A stretch of DNA of 64,000 bases, from contig NC_087252.1 in the NCBI RefSeq assembly GCF_037042905.1, positions 16,804,001 to 16,868,000 on the forward strand, given 5' to 3'. This document shows, in pieces, positions 63,605 to 64,000 of the stretch. Origin of the DNA: Lytechinus pictus (taxonomy: Eukaryota). The position numbers and the translations under genes are program-made. The first letter of the stretch is position 1. Every line of letters begins with the position of its first letter. The notes beneath the pieces were generated by a model that saw only the letters and a list, made by a program, of their open reading frames with translations, was not told the origin of the DNA and did no database searches.

Positions 63605-64000
63605 TAATCTGATAATTTATTTTTAATCTACGTTTTTGTATTGCCTGAAGTGTCTAAAATCGTGATGTTCCCTTTGCCAAATCGTGTCCCACGGCGTTCA
63701 AAATTGACAATTTTAGCGGCCCTCTTGGGTGTTTGATGAAAATAAATTATTTTCATCTTTTTTGCTCACAGTCTGACAATGGGACAATTTTAAATGAATA
63801 CGCATTTTACTATAATTTCGATAGTACAAATCGGGTGAAATCGTTTTCTGGATAGTCCAGTTAATACATCTTGAAAAATATAAAAAAATTATTCAAAAGT
63901 TTTGGTCCGTAATCTTCATGTGCATTGACATCTGTTTTTATCTTGCATCGCCTTTGTTGATGTGCCTAACACGCAGAAATGCATGTCACGTGCGTAGCGA

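Overview
AT-rich metazoan genomic DNA, not prokaryotic. The repeat vocabulary resembles sea urchin or another echinoderm (inference only). Most of the window is nested non-autonomous transposons, many delimited here to the base by TIRs plus target-site duplications (hAT-, Tc1/mariner-, Kolobok-, Harbinger-, Academ-, Sola-, Chapaev- and IS3EU-like, plus foldback types). It also holds decayed CR1/L2-group LINEs, two tRNA-derived SINEs, microsatellites and a minisatellite. The only convincing host gene is an unrecognised 353-aa glycine-zipper protein in a single coding exon (31490-32551, minus strand). A convergent paralog (18620-25356, plus) is split by two DNA transposons, and both could in principle be removed in frame by GT-AG splicing. 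The paralogs differ mostly at non-synonymous sites in the glycine-zipper region. A 303-bp near-perfect palindrome (46422-46724) carries a Penelope-type minimal hammerhead ribozyme with a compensatory U3-A8 core. Superfamily names are inferred from termini and TSD length only; no database search was run.
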